Source of the DNA: an uncultured Verrucomicrobiae bacterium | GTDB taxonomy: Bacteria > Verrucomicrobiota > Verrucomicrobiia > Limisphaerales > Palsa-1400 | NCBI GenBank assembly: GCA_963702845.1 | Contig: OY969763.1 | Coordinates: 1,088,001-1,152,000, forward strand | Reading direction: 5' to 3' | Length of the DNA stretch: 64,000 bases | Shown here: piece after piece, positions 51,741 to 63,140 of the stretch | How positions within the stretch are numbered: position 1 is the first letter of the stretch | Layout of the letters: each line of letters starts with the position of its first letter | Position numbers and translations under genes: made by a program | Notes under the pieces: generated by a model | What the model was told of the DNA's origin: nothing | The model's database searches: none | Seen by the model: the letters and a program-made list of their open reading frames with translations, nothing else

Positions 51741-54700
51741 ATGAGCCAAACAACTACTCAGCACATGTACAGGTTCTTCAGATTTTCCGACCTCACCGTT
51801 AGGTTATCGCAAAGCCTGTTGGCCCTGACCGTATCTCTGGCAGCACCGAACTCTCTTTTAGCTCAAGGGTACTCGCAAACACTTACGGTACACAACACCT
51901 GCAACGTTCAAGTGCAGATAAACTATGGCTTTTCCTTTGATGGGGCGGCAGGCTTGTCGGGACAGCTGTTTCCCGGTCCAGGCTCGGTGGTCAGCCAAAC
52001 GCGCTACAGTGGGCAATACAACTACCCAACTGGAATTTACGCTCAGGTTAACAACGGGGTTGATATTTTAGTAGGGGTAGGGAAAGCGACTATTTACGTG
52101 GGCTGTGACGATATCCTTGCGGCTCCCGATCCTGCTATACCAGACAATCGCGGGAGTTCTGGTGGCCCTCCCGAATGCGGAATGCCCGTCTGGTCAATTT
52201 CCCAACCATTCATCAGCCTTGGCTTGAATGACGAGCCGTTGGGGTATCGACCGGCTATTGGTCCACGAGTCTCTTTTTCGCTGTCCTATAAACAACGAGG
52301 CGACGCGAATGCCGATCCAAACGTTTTCGGCGTAGGCCCACGTTGGTATTCGTCATGGGTGTCGTGCATGAAACAAGATCCGTTAACGTTGGCGAACCCG
52401 CCAGTGGCCACGAATATGATCGCGATTTTACCGGACGGCCGACGTGCGTCTTTCGTTAACTCGAACAACTTCGATGCCAATATCCGTATCAGCGGGGATT
52501 CAACAAACGGTTTTACCCTTACCTATCCGAACGGGGCAAAAGATGTTTATGGATTCGTTGTAAACAACTTTTCTCAACAATTCCTCGAGGCGTTTCTCAC
52601 CGAAAAATGGAACGAACTTGGCCAGAAAATGACGTTCGAGTATGGGTTTTTTGGCGATACTGCCCCAGAGGTTCGTCTTAAACAGGTTATTGATGGGGAC
52701 GGTCTTATCAACACCATTACGTATGTTACTACAAACTCTTTCAGTGAAAATTTGATTTCACAAATCACTGACCCGTTCGGCCGGAATACTTATTTATCCT
52801 ACGATTCACAAGGGAACCTCACCAACATTACCGATACTGCAGGTCTCTCCAGTTCTTGCGGTTACGATTTTCAAGGTTGCATTACCAATCTTACCACTCC
52901 TTACGGATCGACCAGTTTCACAATCGCCGACGAAAAGCCGACGACCAATTCTGCAAACGGACGAGGACGTTCGATTCTCGTTACCTTGCCGGATTCAAGT
53001 CACGAACTCTACCTTTATACGAACAGCGCGGCCGGCGTTCCGAGTTCTTACGGATCCAGTGAAATTCCTTCCGTGTCGCCCTATTCGCAGACCTTCGACA
53101 CGAGTGGTATCAATCTGCGCACCAGCTTCCATTGGGGACCGCGCCAATATGCCAACCTTTCCACAACCAACGTCGCGGCATTTACTGCGAACGACTTCCG
53201 GCTCGCTCGCATGTCTCATTGGCTTAAGGCCGGCGATGCGATCGTAAGTCCGATAATCTCGTTGCAACGCGACCCAAGCCCAGACGTAATAGGAGCAACA
53301 GAGGGGCAAAAAACCTGGTACGATTACGCCGGCAAAACCAATTCTCAATACGACGGGACACAGTCGCTGCCGCTATGCGTTGCTCAAGTTTTATCTGACA
53401 GCACAACGAGTTTCGTTCGCGACGTTCGAAACTCCATCGGGGCAGTCACGACCAACGTGGTTAGCTATTCTGTGGGTTCCGGTGTCGGGCTGCGCACGAA
53501 TATTTTCCGTTATTCGACAAACAACATTGATCTTGTCGCCGTCACCAATGCGCTCGGCATTCGGTACTGTTACGAATACCTACAATTCGGTTCACGAAGT
53601 CCTGAAGTCAATCAACGCTCTCAATGAAACGAACTCCTTTACTTACGATACGAGCAACCGCCTGACCAGCATCACTCGCCCGAATGGCCTTGTGATTACG
53701 AACAAGTATGGGACCGACAAATATCTCGCGACCGTCATTGACGTCGGCTTCGCTACAAACTCATACACTTACAGCAATGCCCTCGTTTACTCACACACAG
53801 ACGCGCGCGGCTTAACGGTCACGAACACTTGGGACAACCTCAATCGTCTGATGAGCACAACGTTCCCGGATCAGACTTACATTTCCAACCGTTATACGTT
53901 TCTTGACCTGATAGCGACGAAGGATCGCTTGGACCACTGGAGTTACTTTGGTTACGACCAGCTTCGCCACAATACAAATTTCGTCGATCGGCTTGGAAAC
54001 ACGAACGTTTACAGCTATTGCTCATGCGGCGCTTTGGATTCCGTTCGGGACCCGCTTGGTAATTTCACGCATTACTATTATGACAACCAGATGCGAGTGA
54101 CGAATGTGGTGTACCCGGACAACTACAGTGTCACAAACTTCTACAACCTGATTGGACAGATAACTAACACCGTCGATAGCTTCGGCGCCACCGTCACCAA
54201 CACATACAACGATCAAGGCCTTCTCACTGTCTCGAGTAACGCATTCGGCCGTGTGCAAGCGGCCATCTTTGACGTCCTGGATCGCGTCACAAACGGTCCT
54301 GATGCCAATGGGGTGACCGTTTCGACGACCTACGACAACCTGAATCGCGTCCTGTCCCGGACCTACCCTGATGCCGGTGTAGAAAAATGGGCCTATACGC
54401 AAAAAATTGTCGGTGCCACTAGTTACACGAACCAGGTCACCAACATCGTGACCTACGGCTACGATGCCCTCTCTCGCCTCACTAACCAGGTCAACGTCGG
54501 CATTCGTACAACCGGTTCTTCTACAACGGCGCAGGTGATCTGACCAATCTGGTCGACGGGAGTTCACAGTCCACGAAATGGGGTTATGACATCTTCGGTC
54601 GTAATACAAACAAAGTGGACGCGACCAGCGCGACAATTCTCACGCTTAAATACGACGCTGAGAACCGGATGACCAACCGCACCAGTGCCGCCAAGGGCAC

Positions 54701-56861
54701 CACAACCTACTCCTACGACAATGAAGGCAACCTTCTCAACGTGGCGTATCCGACCAGCCCATCCATCAGTTTCGCCTACGATGCGATGAACCGGATGACG
54801 AACATGACCGATGCCGTGGGCACTTCCACATTCACTTACACCGCCGCCGGCCAACTGCAAAGTGAAGATGGTCCGTGGTCGAGTGATACCATCACCTACA
54901 GCTACAACAACCGTCTGCGCTCCGGATTTACGTTGCAAGAGCCAATCGGCTCGTCTCTATCCCAGACCTACGGCTACGACGCCTCTCGTCGCCTGACAAA
55001 TATTACATCAACGGCGGGAGCATTTACATATGCCTACGATCCCGCTCGCAACCTTCAGGTCCAAAAACTCACTCTCCCCAACTATGCCTACATCACCAAC
55101 GCCTACGACACTGTCTCGCGGCTGACCGACACCTGGCTGAAAAATAGCAGCGGCACCATCCTGAACTACCACGGCTACTTGATAAACAAAGCCAATCAGC
55201 GATCCCGCCAAACCCGTTTCAATTACGACTACGTCGATTACACCTACGACGCCGCCGGCCAGTTAAAGACCGCTTCCGGCAAAGAAAGCGGCGGAACTCC
55301 ACATCGCTACAATGAACAACTCGGCTACAGCTACGATCCAGCCGGTAACTTGCTAAATCGGACCAATAACACATTGATCCAGAACTTCGTTGTTAACTCT
55401 TTGAACGAACTCACCAATGTTAAAAGTAGCGGTAAGATTACGGTGGAAGGAAACACCAGCGCTCCCGCCTCCAGCGTGACTGTCAATGGAACGAATGCTG
55501 CTATTTACAGTGATGCGACTTTTGCCGCGACAAATATGCCGTTGGCCAGTAGCTATACCGCCATTGCTCACGACGCGTTCGGCCGCGCCGATACAAACAC
55601 CATTACCCTGACGCTGTCCACCAACGTCATCTTCCGATATGACGGCAACGGCAATCTCACCAACGACAACCTGTGCACATTCCAATACGATGACGAAAAT
55701 CAGTTAACCAACGTCTGGGCGAGTAACGCATGGAAGAGTGCTTTTGCTTACGACGGCCTCCACCGCCGCCGCGCCGAAACGAACTATATTTGGAGTGCCG
55801 GTGCTTGGGTTAAATCCAACGAACGGCGATTCCTTTACGACGGTAATCTCGTTGTCGAAGAGCGCGATGCAACCAATCAATCACAGGTGTTTTATACCCG
55901 AGGGCGCGATCTGAGCGGCACAATAGCGGGGGCCGGAGGAATTGGCGGTCTGCTCGCCAGAACACCGACCACTGATTATCTGACATCAAGTTCTGCCGCG
56001 CATGCATTCTATTTTAGCGATGCAAACGGAAACGTTACAACCCTCACAGGTACAAACCAAACGGTGCTTGCAAAATACCTATACGATGCGTTCGGAAATA
56101 TCCTCTCAAGCTCCGGTCCACTCGCGGATATAAATCTTTACCGCTTTTCCAGCAAAGAGATTCATCTAAACAGCCGCCTAATTTATTTTGGGCTGCGCTT
56201 TTACAGTCCCAGTTTGCAGCGTTGGATCAATCGCGATCCCATCGCCGAGAACGGCGGGCTAAATCTATATGCGTACGTATTAAACGATCCAGTCAACTTA
56301 AGTGATCCGTTAGGCCTGGATATTTTGGATTCATTAAACAACCATGCGGCGGAATCGTATCAGCGAGGAGGCGTGTTTGATAAGTTAGAGGGCGTTGTTG
56401 CAAACGGGATAGAGGCCACTCTCGACACATTGATCGGCGCGCAAGACGTAAAGGATTCTGCGATCAAGTCGGGGATGGCTTCTGCCGATCCTTGTCATCG
56501 CAAAAGAGCTTGGGGATATGGAGCATTGGCGGCTGGCACAATTCTGATCAATGCAATTCCTGGCGAAGGTCAGGCAGAACATATTGTTTACGTTGGACTT
56601 GATAAAGCAGGAATAATCCGATACGTGGGCATTACCTCTCGTGATCTAGAAGTTAGAGAAGCCGAACACATCGCGCAGGGAGGTGGAAAGCAACTTTTGG
56701 ATTATGTCACAGTGGCCGGTGCGGAAGGAATGACCAAGACGGAAGCAAGAATTGCCGAGCAGAAATTGATCAATGCAAATGGCGGTGTAGCGGGTGGACA
56801 ACTTCTGAACAAAAGGAATTCGATTGCACCAGGCTACTGGCCCCAACATGGAATCAAATGA
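51741..56861 (+). CDS. Rhs/YD-repeat polymorphic toxin with a GIY-YIG-like C-terminal nuclease (apparent frameshifts at ~53563 and ~54508)
   Basis: Many YD repeats across three ORFs, and the Rhs core RFYSPSLQRWINRDP...NLYAYVLNDPVNLSDPLGL. The tip reads IVYVG...RYVGITSR...R..EH...EARIAEQKLI...LLNKRN. Confidence 0.88.
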
Positions 56862-57352
56862 CCACAAAACGTCTTGTACTAAAAATCGGCGATGTCTTTG
56901 CAGTAACCGTTGCAGACGGCACCAAAAAGTATTTCCAGTATGTAGCCAACGACCGTTCAATGCTAAACAGTTCGGTGATTCGAGCTTTTCGGGAGACTTA
57001 TCCGGCCGAGGAGGCTCCTGACCTCGTGCGAGTTGTGAAAGGAGAAGTGCAATTTCACGCTCACGTTTTCCTACGAAACGGAACGAAAATGAGATATTGG
57101 CAAAAGGAAGGTTGCGCTCCCGTTCACGAGGCCGTGGATGTCGTCTTTCGATCAACAAACGACGTTTTGAATCGAAAGCGATTTTCAAACGACTGGTATA
57201 TTTGGAAAATTAATGAACCCCAAGTACACGTTGGCAAGTTAGAGGGTGCCAATCTACAATCGGAAATAGGAATCGTTAAAGCTCCAGACGATATTGTAAT
57301 CCGCATGACTACCGGGAAATACAGCAGCTTTTACCCGGAACCAGAAAGGTGA
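56858..57352 (+). CDS. Cognate immunity protein (Imm26-like)
   Basis: ATGA overlap with the Rhs stop. The N-terminal KIGDVFAV..DG..KYFQY resembles the Imm26 family. Confidence 0.7.
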   Translation: MTTKRLVLKIGDVFAVTVADGTKKYFQYVANDRSMLNSSVIRAFRETYPAEEAPDLVRVVKGEVQFHAHVFLRNGTKMRYWQKEGCAPVHEAVDVVFRSTNDVLNRKRFSNDWYIWKINEPQVHVGKLEGANLQSEIGIVKAPDDIVIRMTTGKYSSFYPEPER

Positions 57353-57392
57353 CCAAAAAGTCGTACGCCCCAACCCATAGCGCGCGGACCCG

Positions 57393-58410
57393 GTGTCAGT
57401 TCTCACTATTTAAACTATTTACAGTTTCTCAGAAGCTTATCACGGTGGTGTCAGGCCCCGTCCTTTGAGAATGGAATATCCTGGCGCGATTTACCATGTG
57501 ATGAGTCGCGGGGACCGTCGTGAAGATATTTTCCGGGACGACCAGGATCGGCGCCGATTTCTGGACGCGTTGGAGGAGGCCTGCGGCAAAACCGAATGGG
57601 AGGTTCATGCCTATTGTCTGATGCGGAATCATTTCCATCTGGTGATCGAAACACCGCTGGCCAACCTGGTGGTCGGCATGAAATGGCTGCTGGGCGTGTA
57701 TACCAAACGTTTCAATATTCGGCATAAGCTTTGCGGCCATCTATTTGCCGGACGCTACAAAGCGCTGATTGTGGACGGCAGCGGCATCGGGTATTTGCGG
57801 ACGGTTTGCGATTATGTGCATCTCAATCCAGTTCGCGCGAAGCTGATCAAAGGTCATACGCCGCTGGAAAGCTTTCGCTGGAGCAGTTACGGCGCCTACT
57901 TGGGCGCGCCGAGCCAGCGCCCGGCGTGGCTGCGAGTGGGCCGGCTTCTGGGCGAGCACGGGATACCCAGGGACAGCGTGGCCGGACGCCGCCAGTTCGC
58001 GATGCGAATGGAACAACGGCGGGCACAGGAGACGCAGACTGATTACCGGCAGTTGAGACGTGGGTGGTGTTTGGGAGAGGAGGGATTCCGCAAAGAGTTG
58101 CTTTCGGCTGCGTCCGAGCGTTTGGGTCCTACGCACTACGGGAGTGAACGCCGGGAAAGCGACGAGGAGAAAGCCCGTCGGATTTTAGCTGCGGAATTGA
58201 AAGAATTGGGATGGAATTGGGATGAATTGGCGCAACGCCGCAAAGGTGACAAAGGCAAGGTAACGATGGCGCGGAGATTACGAAAGGAAACAACAATGAG
58301 TTTAAAATGGATCGCCGAGAACCTGGAGATGGGCAGTTGGACTTACGTGTCAAACCTACTCGCCCAAAAGCCATCAAAACAGAGCTTGTGTAAATAGTGA
58401 GAACTGACAC
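57393..58410 (+). mobile_element. Y1/RAYT transposase unit bounded by a perfect 20-bp inverted repeat
   Basis: GTGTCAGTTCTCACTATTTA (57393-57412) and its exact reverse complement TAAATAGTGAGAACTGACAC (58391-58410) enclose only the transposase. Confidence 0.8.
57465..58397 (+). CDS. REP-associated tyrosine transposase (Y1 HUH, IS200/IS605 superfamily) with a C-terminal HTH-like extension
   Basis: YPGAIYHVMSRG, HAYCLMRNHFHL (HUH), GHLFAGRYK, YVHLNPVRA (catalytic Tyr), WSS. Confidence 0.92.
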   Translation: MRMEYPGAIYHVMSRGDRREDIFRDDQDRRRFLDALEEACGKTEWEVHAYCLMRNHFHLVIETPLANLVVGMKWLLGVYTKRFNIRHKLCGHLFAGRYKALIVDGSGIGYLRTVCDYVHLNPVRAKLIKGHTPLESFRWSSYGAYLGAPSQRPAWLRVGRLLGEHGIPRDSVAGRRQFAMRMEQRRAQETQTDYRQLRRGWCLGEEGFRKELLSAASERLGPTHYGSERRESDEEKARRILAAELKELGWNWDELAQRRKGDKGKVTMARRLRKETTMSLKWIAENLEMGSWTYVSNLLAQKPSKQSLCK

Positions 58411-58731
58411 TTGTATGAGGAAGGGCTCGTTCAAATTTCTGTAGATACGTTTTCGATCTTGTTAAAATTTCCACGTCTTCAAACTGCATCCTCAGGGTGC
58501 GATACGCGCGGCATAGTTTCGAGAATCTCGTCAAATGCCGGACATTTAAGCGGTGTAGGGTACAAAAAAACAAAAAAATCGCAAAAATACAGTTTTGCTG
58601 CCACGGCGCGGTGGGCCGGATGAGACTTGTGTGCTATGTTTGGCAGGATGTCGAGTCGTTCGCATCCAGGTGCAGTCAAAAAAACCATCGCTTCGCTATG
58701 AAAATATCGAAGCCAACTTAGGAGACCTGTC

Positions 58732-59211
58732 ATGAAGAAATTATTATTATTGTTGTCGGTTCTGTTGGTTGTGTTGCCGGGCGCCCGTGCCGATCAGAAG
58801 GCCGAAGATGCGGCAATTCGCGTACGTCACGATGAATGGTGTGCGGCCTGGGACAAACATGATCCGAAATTGATGGCGTCGTTTTTTCTGCCCGATGGGG
58901 ATTTGATCAACCCGTTTGGGAGACATGCCGAGGGAAGGGGAGCGATTGAGCAGTTGTTCACCCAGGAACAATCCGGCCCGATGGCGGGGACGACATACTC
59001 CGGCACGATTGAGAGTATTCGTTATATGGGTAAGAGCATCGCGATCATCGATGTCGCTGCTGAGATTGCGGGGATGAAAAATCCGGAGGGTGCTGCTGCG
59101 GCGCCGTTCAAGCATCACGTGACGTGGATCGCGGAGAAGAAGGGCGGAAAATGGCTGGCGTTCGGCGCGCGTGCTTTTGCTTTCACACCGCCGCCGGCCG
59201 GGGGAAAATAA
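58732..59211 (+). CDS. Secreted NTF2-like protein (SgcJ/EcaC, DUF4440-like)
   Basis: Signal peptide, AWDKHD...F..DGDLINPFG..AEGRGAI, KKGGKW. TAGGAG RBS upstream. Confidence 0.8.
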   Translation: MKKLLLLLSVLLVVLPGARADQKAEDAAIRVRHDEWCAAWDKHDPKLMASFFLPDGDLINPFGRHAEGRGAIEQLFTQEQSGPMAGTTYSGTIESIRYMGKSIAIIDVAAEIAGMKNPEGAAAAPFKHHVTWIAEKKGGKWLAFGARAFAFTPPPAGGK

Positions 59212-59288
59212 ATTCGCATTTCGATGCGAATGTTGAGTTTACGTGACGATTCGGTGTCTGAGCCTGCGGCAAGACCGAATGGGAGGTT

Positions 59289-59343
59289 CTCGCCCAAAAG
59301 CCATCAAAACGGAGTTTGTGTAAATAGTGAGAACGGACACTTG
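59289..59343 (+). repeat. Direct copy of the transposase 3' end and right repeat
   Basis: CTCGCCCAAAAGCCATCAAAACggagtTTGTGTAAATAGTGAGAACgGACACTTG matches 58359-58413 with 3 mismatches. Confidence 0.9.
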
Positions 59344-59375
59344 GATCCAAAGCGAGGCAAGGCCAGTGCCAGTTA

Positions 59376-60680
59376 ATGCTGCTTTTAAGAGGTTATCAGC
59401 GGCTTTTAACATTTGGTGCTGTTGAATCGCCTCAGCATCGGGCTAGATTCTGCTTTGAAGTGCCGACCACGCTACAGCAAGACGCCTTGGCTTCACGGAG
59501 GGTGAGCGGAGAGACTACGATACCCAACGACTGCGGATCATCCATTCCCAAACACCAGCCCAGCGCGGATGAGCGGCTTGTCGTTTTGATTCCCGATGGC
59601 GAGGCCAAGGAAGCCCTCTTAGTGGCGCGGTGTCTGGCCGCCAGCGCTCGGGTAACCCTACATGCCCTTTCTGCTCAACGCTGGCCCGAACTCCGCTTTT
59701 CCACCCACTGTGCCAGATTCCACCATTTTGAAGATACGCAGGACGAACCGCAGCGGTTGCGGATGATTCAGGACATCGTGCAGCGGTACAGGATCCAAGT
59801 GATCCTGCCGGTGTCCGATCGAGGCATTCGCTGGTGGGCAGCGCGACAAGATGCGGTGAGGCGCACAGTTCCTCTCGCTCCGGTCCCGCCCCCCGACGCC
59901 TTCGACACCGCCACTGACAAGAGCCGCTTGGCCAGCTTCCTGGCACGGCATGAGCTGCCCCATCCAGAGACCAGAATATGCGTCACGGGCCAGGACCCGT
60001 TCGAGAGCGTCGGCTCGATGAGCTTTCCCGTGTTGGCCAAACCCCCAATGGGCAGGGGCGGCTTCGGCATCCAGTGCTTTGACACCTCGGAGCAATTGCG
60101 GGTGTTCATGGAGCAGCTTCCCAATGGTGCCGCCTACGTCGTTCAGAGTTACTTGCCCGGAATCGACATGGGCTGCAGTGTCTTGTGCCAAGACGGGAAG
60201 GTGCTGGCCGGTACGGTCCAACAGGTCATTGTGCCCGGCGCACCGCGATTCTCGGCCCCGGTGGGCATCGAACTCCGCGATGATCCGACGACGATGGCGA
60301 TCATTGGTCGCCTGATGGCCGCCTTGAATTGGTCCGGGGTCGCCAACGTGGATTTGCGCCGGGACGCTCGTACCGGTCAGGTCAACATTCTGGAAGTGAA
60401 CGGGCGGTTCTGGGCCACGTTGGGCGGCTCATTAAATGCAGGCGTCAACTTTCCATACCTCGCCTGCCAAGCCGCGCTGGGTCGCTCCTTTCCGTTTCCT
60501 CCCATTCAGGCGGCACGCTATTTTCGGACGAAGCGCTTTGCGTTACGCGCCCTCGCCGGTGGCGGACAACTTCAGGTTCGCAGAACCGAAACGGACTTGC
60601 CGCACCTGCTGGCGGACCCGGTGATAGTGGGGCATAAGCTCACCCGCCAGTGCTGGTTCCGGCTTCGCCGGGCACGGTGA
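59376..60680 (+). CDS. ATP-grasp domain protein (carboxylate-amine ligase-like; start uncertain)
   Basis: DKSRL, FPVLAKP..GRGGFG, VQSYLPG, WSGVANVD, ILEVNGRFW, AGVNFP. Confidence 0.85.
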   Translation: MLLLRGYQRLLTFGAVESPQHRARFCFEVPTTLQQDALASRRVSGETTIPNDCGSSIPKHQPSADERLVVLIPDGEAKEALLVARCLAASARVTLHALSAQRWPELRFSTHCARFHHFEDTQDEPQRLRMIQDIVQRYRIQVILPVSDRGIRWWAARQDAVRRTVPLAPVPPPDAFDTATDKSRLASFLARHELPHPETRICVTGQDPFESVGSMSFPVLAKPPMGRGGFGIQCFDTSEQLRVFMEQLPNGAAYVVQSYLPGIDMGCSVLCQDGKVLAGTVQQVIVPGAPRFSAPVGIELRDDPTTMAIIGRLMAALNWSGVANVDLRRDARTGQVNILEVNGRFWATLGGSLNAGVNFPYLACQAALGRSFPFPPIQAARYFRTKRFALRALAGGGQLQVRRTETDLPHLLADPVIVGHKLTRQCWFRLRRAR

Positions 60681-60981
60681 ACGGAGTTTAGTCAGGTCAT
60701 CCGCGCGAGCCATATATCGGTCCGTTTGCCGCCATTCGACGTTGAATCGTTCGCGTATAATCTGGTGGGTGGGATGCCGCTGGCCCGGGACGAACAATGG
60801 GCTGTGGCGGTGTTATAGGTTGAACACCCCGAATTTCTTTAGTCCCTAAAGGGAATCACGTCCATCTTCTTCTCGGCTAACCCAGGCAAAAACCAACCGG
60901 CAGGAATTCATCTCGTAGATTACAGAAACGAACGGTCTTGTCCGATGTTCAGGAATTTCAGGATAGCGCACGCTCGCCAAC

Positions 60982-62796
60982 ATGACTATGGCATCAAGGC
61001 AGTCACGCTTCATCACGACATCATTGGTATTCCTCCTCTACGTTTGCGGCACGCACAGAACACCCGCCGCGGGCACCAACAGTTGGAATTCCGCCGTCAC
61101 CGGTGCATGGGAAAGTCTTTCCTGGTCATTGAGCGTCCGTCCCGACATCAGCCAGTCCGCCATTCTCATCACCAACTACGGCCAGAAAGCCGTCATTCTC
61201 GGAGCCAATGCGCGCGACAATTTTCCAGCGTCACTTTCAATCAGCAACCTGCTCATCGCCGGCACGCCTCTCTCAACAAACACATTGTTCCTGAATTTCA
61301 CTGGAACGACCACCCCACTGCGCATCTTCAACTCCTGCACCGTCCAAAACAACGGCGTGCTGCTAAACCAGTCTTCAGCCATCCACGTTATCGGCGGCTC
61401 CAACGCCGCAACCTATGTCGACGGCGGAACCATCAATCAAGTCGGCGGCTCAAACAGGTTCGAAGGCACGATCCATATCGGCAGCGTTAACCCCGGATTA
61501 TACAACGCGACCAACGGCATCGTTGTCGCCGACCAATTGATCATCGGCGGAAACATTGGCGGCACCTTCAACCAGGTCGGCGGCAGCGTGACCGCCCAAA
61601 CGTATCTCTGGATTGGCAGCACAACCAACAAGGGACTTTACACATTATCCGGCGGCGATCTCATAGCCAATAAAGCCGACATCGGCGTCGGCATAAACTC
61701 AGCGGGAGAATTTGTCCAAAACTCAGGCACCTTCACCGTCAGCCAGCTTTCCCTGTCCGCGCCTTTCGGCGCTGATGCCCGATACACCCTGAAAGGCGGC
61801 GTGCTGAGCACAGGTGGTTTATCGATGGGAATCCTCGGCCAGTCCGACTTCGTGCAAAACGGCGGTATCCTCAACAGCGGCCATGTCAGCGTCGGAAGCT
61901 CGTATCCAGGTTCCGCTTCTTACACATTGAGCGGAGGCCTTCTTACTTGCACTGGCATGGGCGTCACCACCGCCGATTTTGGTCATTCCGCTGGAACGAA
62001 TCGTGTCGCCGGACAACTTTTCATTAGTGAAGGCACTTACAATCTATCGGGGGGAGAATTAGACAGCGAAAGCGTCTCGCTTAGCGCCAGCCGCGTCAGC
62101 CCGGGTTTTTTTGTCCAAACCGGAGGAAAATACGTCGTCACCAATTCGCTCGAAATCTCGGGTGAAAGCATGGGCGGTGCAGGCCCGGGCTATTTCCTGG
62201 CGGGCGGCACGCTCGACTGTGGCCAAATCGACATAGGATTTAACGGACGCCTGCAGCACACCGGAGGTTCACTGACCGCCCACGGCCCCGTGACGATCGA
62301 GCGCTACGGCACTCTCTACGCGAGTAACGTCAGCGAACAGCTCGGCCCACTTCTGTTGTCCAACGACGGCCCCTGCTTCGACACTGTGATCGGCACCACT
62401 CAACACTTTGCCTTTAGCGCCAATACCCACTGGGACACGAACGCATTCCTGGTAATTTCAGGCGATGGCCCGGTTTACTTCGGCAACTCCGCTTCAGCTC
62501 TAACCGCGAGACAACTACTCCAGATCACCTTCTACGCCGGAGGCGATTACGTAAGGTTGCTCAGTGACGGTCAACTTGTCCCGTACCCGGTTCCGCCGAT
62601 CGATCAACAAATCAACGGCAACAATTTGACTCTATCCTGGACGGGCCCGCCCGGAATTGGCGTTTCCAACGGCGGTATAACCCTTCAAGCAGCAGACAAT
62701 GTGACCGGCCCATACGTCGACGTGCCCGCCGCCACCAGCCCCTACGTCGTTCCATTCAACAGCAAGTCAAAGTTCTTCAGGCTAACACGCCAGTAA
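60982..62796 (+). CDS. Secreted Gly-rich beta-helix/adhesin-like protein
   Basis: Signal-like N-terminus, repeats of F.Q.GG and Y.LSGG.L, and a C-terminal LTLSW...LQAADNVTGPY...FFRL domain. Confidence 0.78.
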   Translation: MTMASRQSRFITTSLVFLLYVCGTHRTPAAGTNSWNSAVTGAWESLSWSLSVRPDISQSAILITNYGQKAVILGANARDNFPASLSISNLLIAGTPLSTNTLFLNFTGTTTPLRIFNSCTVQNNGVLLNQSSAIHVIGGSNAATYVDGGTINQVGGSNRFEGTIHIGSVNPGLYNATNGIVVADQLIIGGNIGGTFNQVGGSVTAQTYLWIGSTTNKGLYTLSGGDLIANKADIGVGINSAGEFVQNSGTFTVSQLSLSAPFGADARYTLKGGVLSTGGLSMGILGQSDFVQNGGILNSGHVSVGSSYPGSASYTLSGGLLTCTGMGVTTADFGHSAGTNRVAGQLFISEGTYNLSGGELDSESVSLSASRVSPGFFVQTGGKYVVTNSLEISGESMGGAGPGYFLAGGTLDCGQIDIGFNGRLQHTGGSLTAHGPVTIERYGTLYASNVSEQLGPLLLSNDGPCFDTVIGTTQHFAFSANTHWDTNAFLVISGDGPVYFGNSASALTARQLLQITFYAGGDYVRLLSDGQLVPYPVPPIDQQINGNNLTLSWTGPPGIGVSNGGITLQAADNVTGPYVDVPAATSPYVVPFNSKSKFFRLTRQ

Positions 62797-62927
62797 ACGG
62801 TGTTCTCGATTGCGTTCCTGAGGCTGGATGTTCGATAGGAATTTGCTTCATAGGAGTGTGCAAGTCCAACAGCAGTGACCCCCATCCGCTGACATCTCCC
62901 TGACCCCCATCACCTGTCACTTGGCCG

Positions 62928-62941
62928 GTGAGAACTGACAC
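62928..62941 (+). repeat. Short copy of the transposase right repeat
   Basis: GTGAGAACTGACAC, preceded by TGACCCCC at 62876 and 62901. Confidence 0.7.
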
Positions 62942-63140
62942 CGAATTAAGCCGATGTGCCCCGGTGCCGCCCAAAGCGATGAACCGCGCCAGCGTCAAAA
63001 GCAATTTCCGATTAGTATCAGTAGTAGCTATCGGTTAAATTTATTTGACAAAAGACAATTGTGGGAGCCGAATCGGGTAAGCCTTTACCTCTAAGATTAC
63101 AACAAGGGCCGGGGCGATTCTTATAGCAGAAAGTAAAAAC

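Noticed and set aside
48687..57352. Type VI secretion locus
   Set aside because: There are no PAAR, VgrG, Hcp or EagR-like genes in the window, and the Rhs protein has a signal-peptide-like N-terminus.
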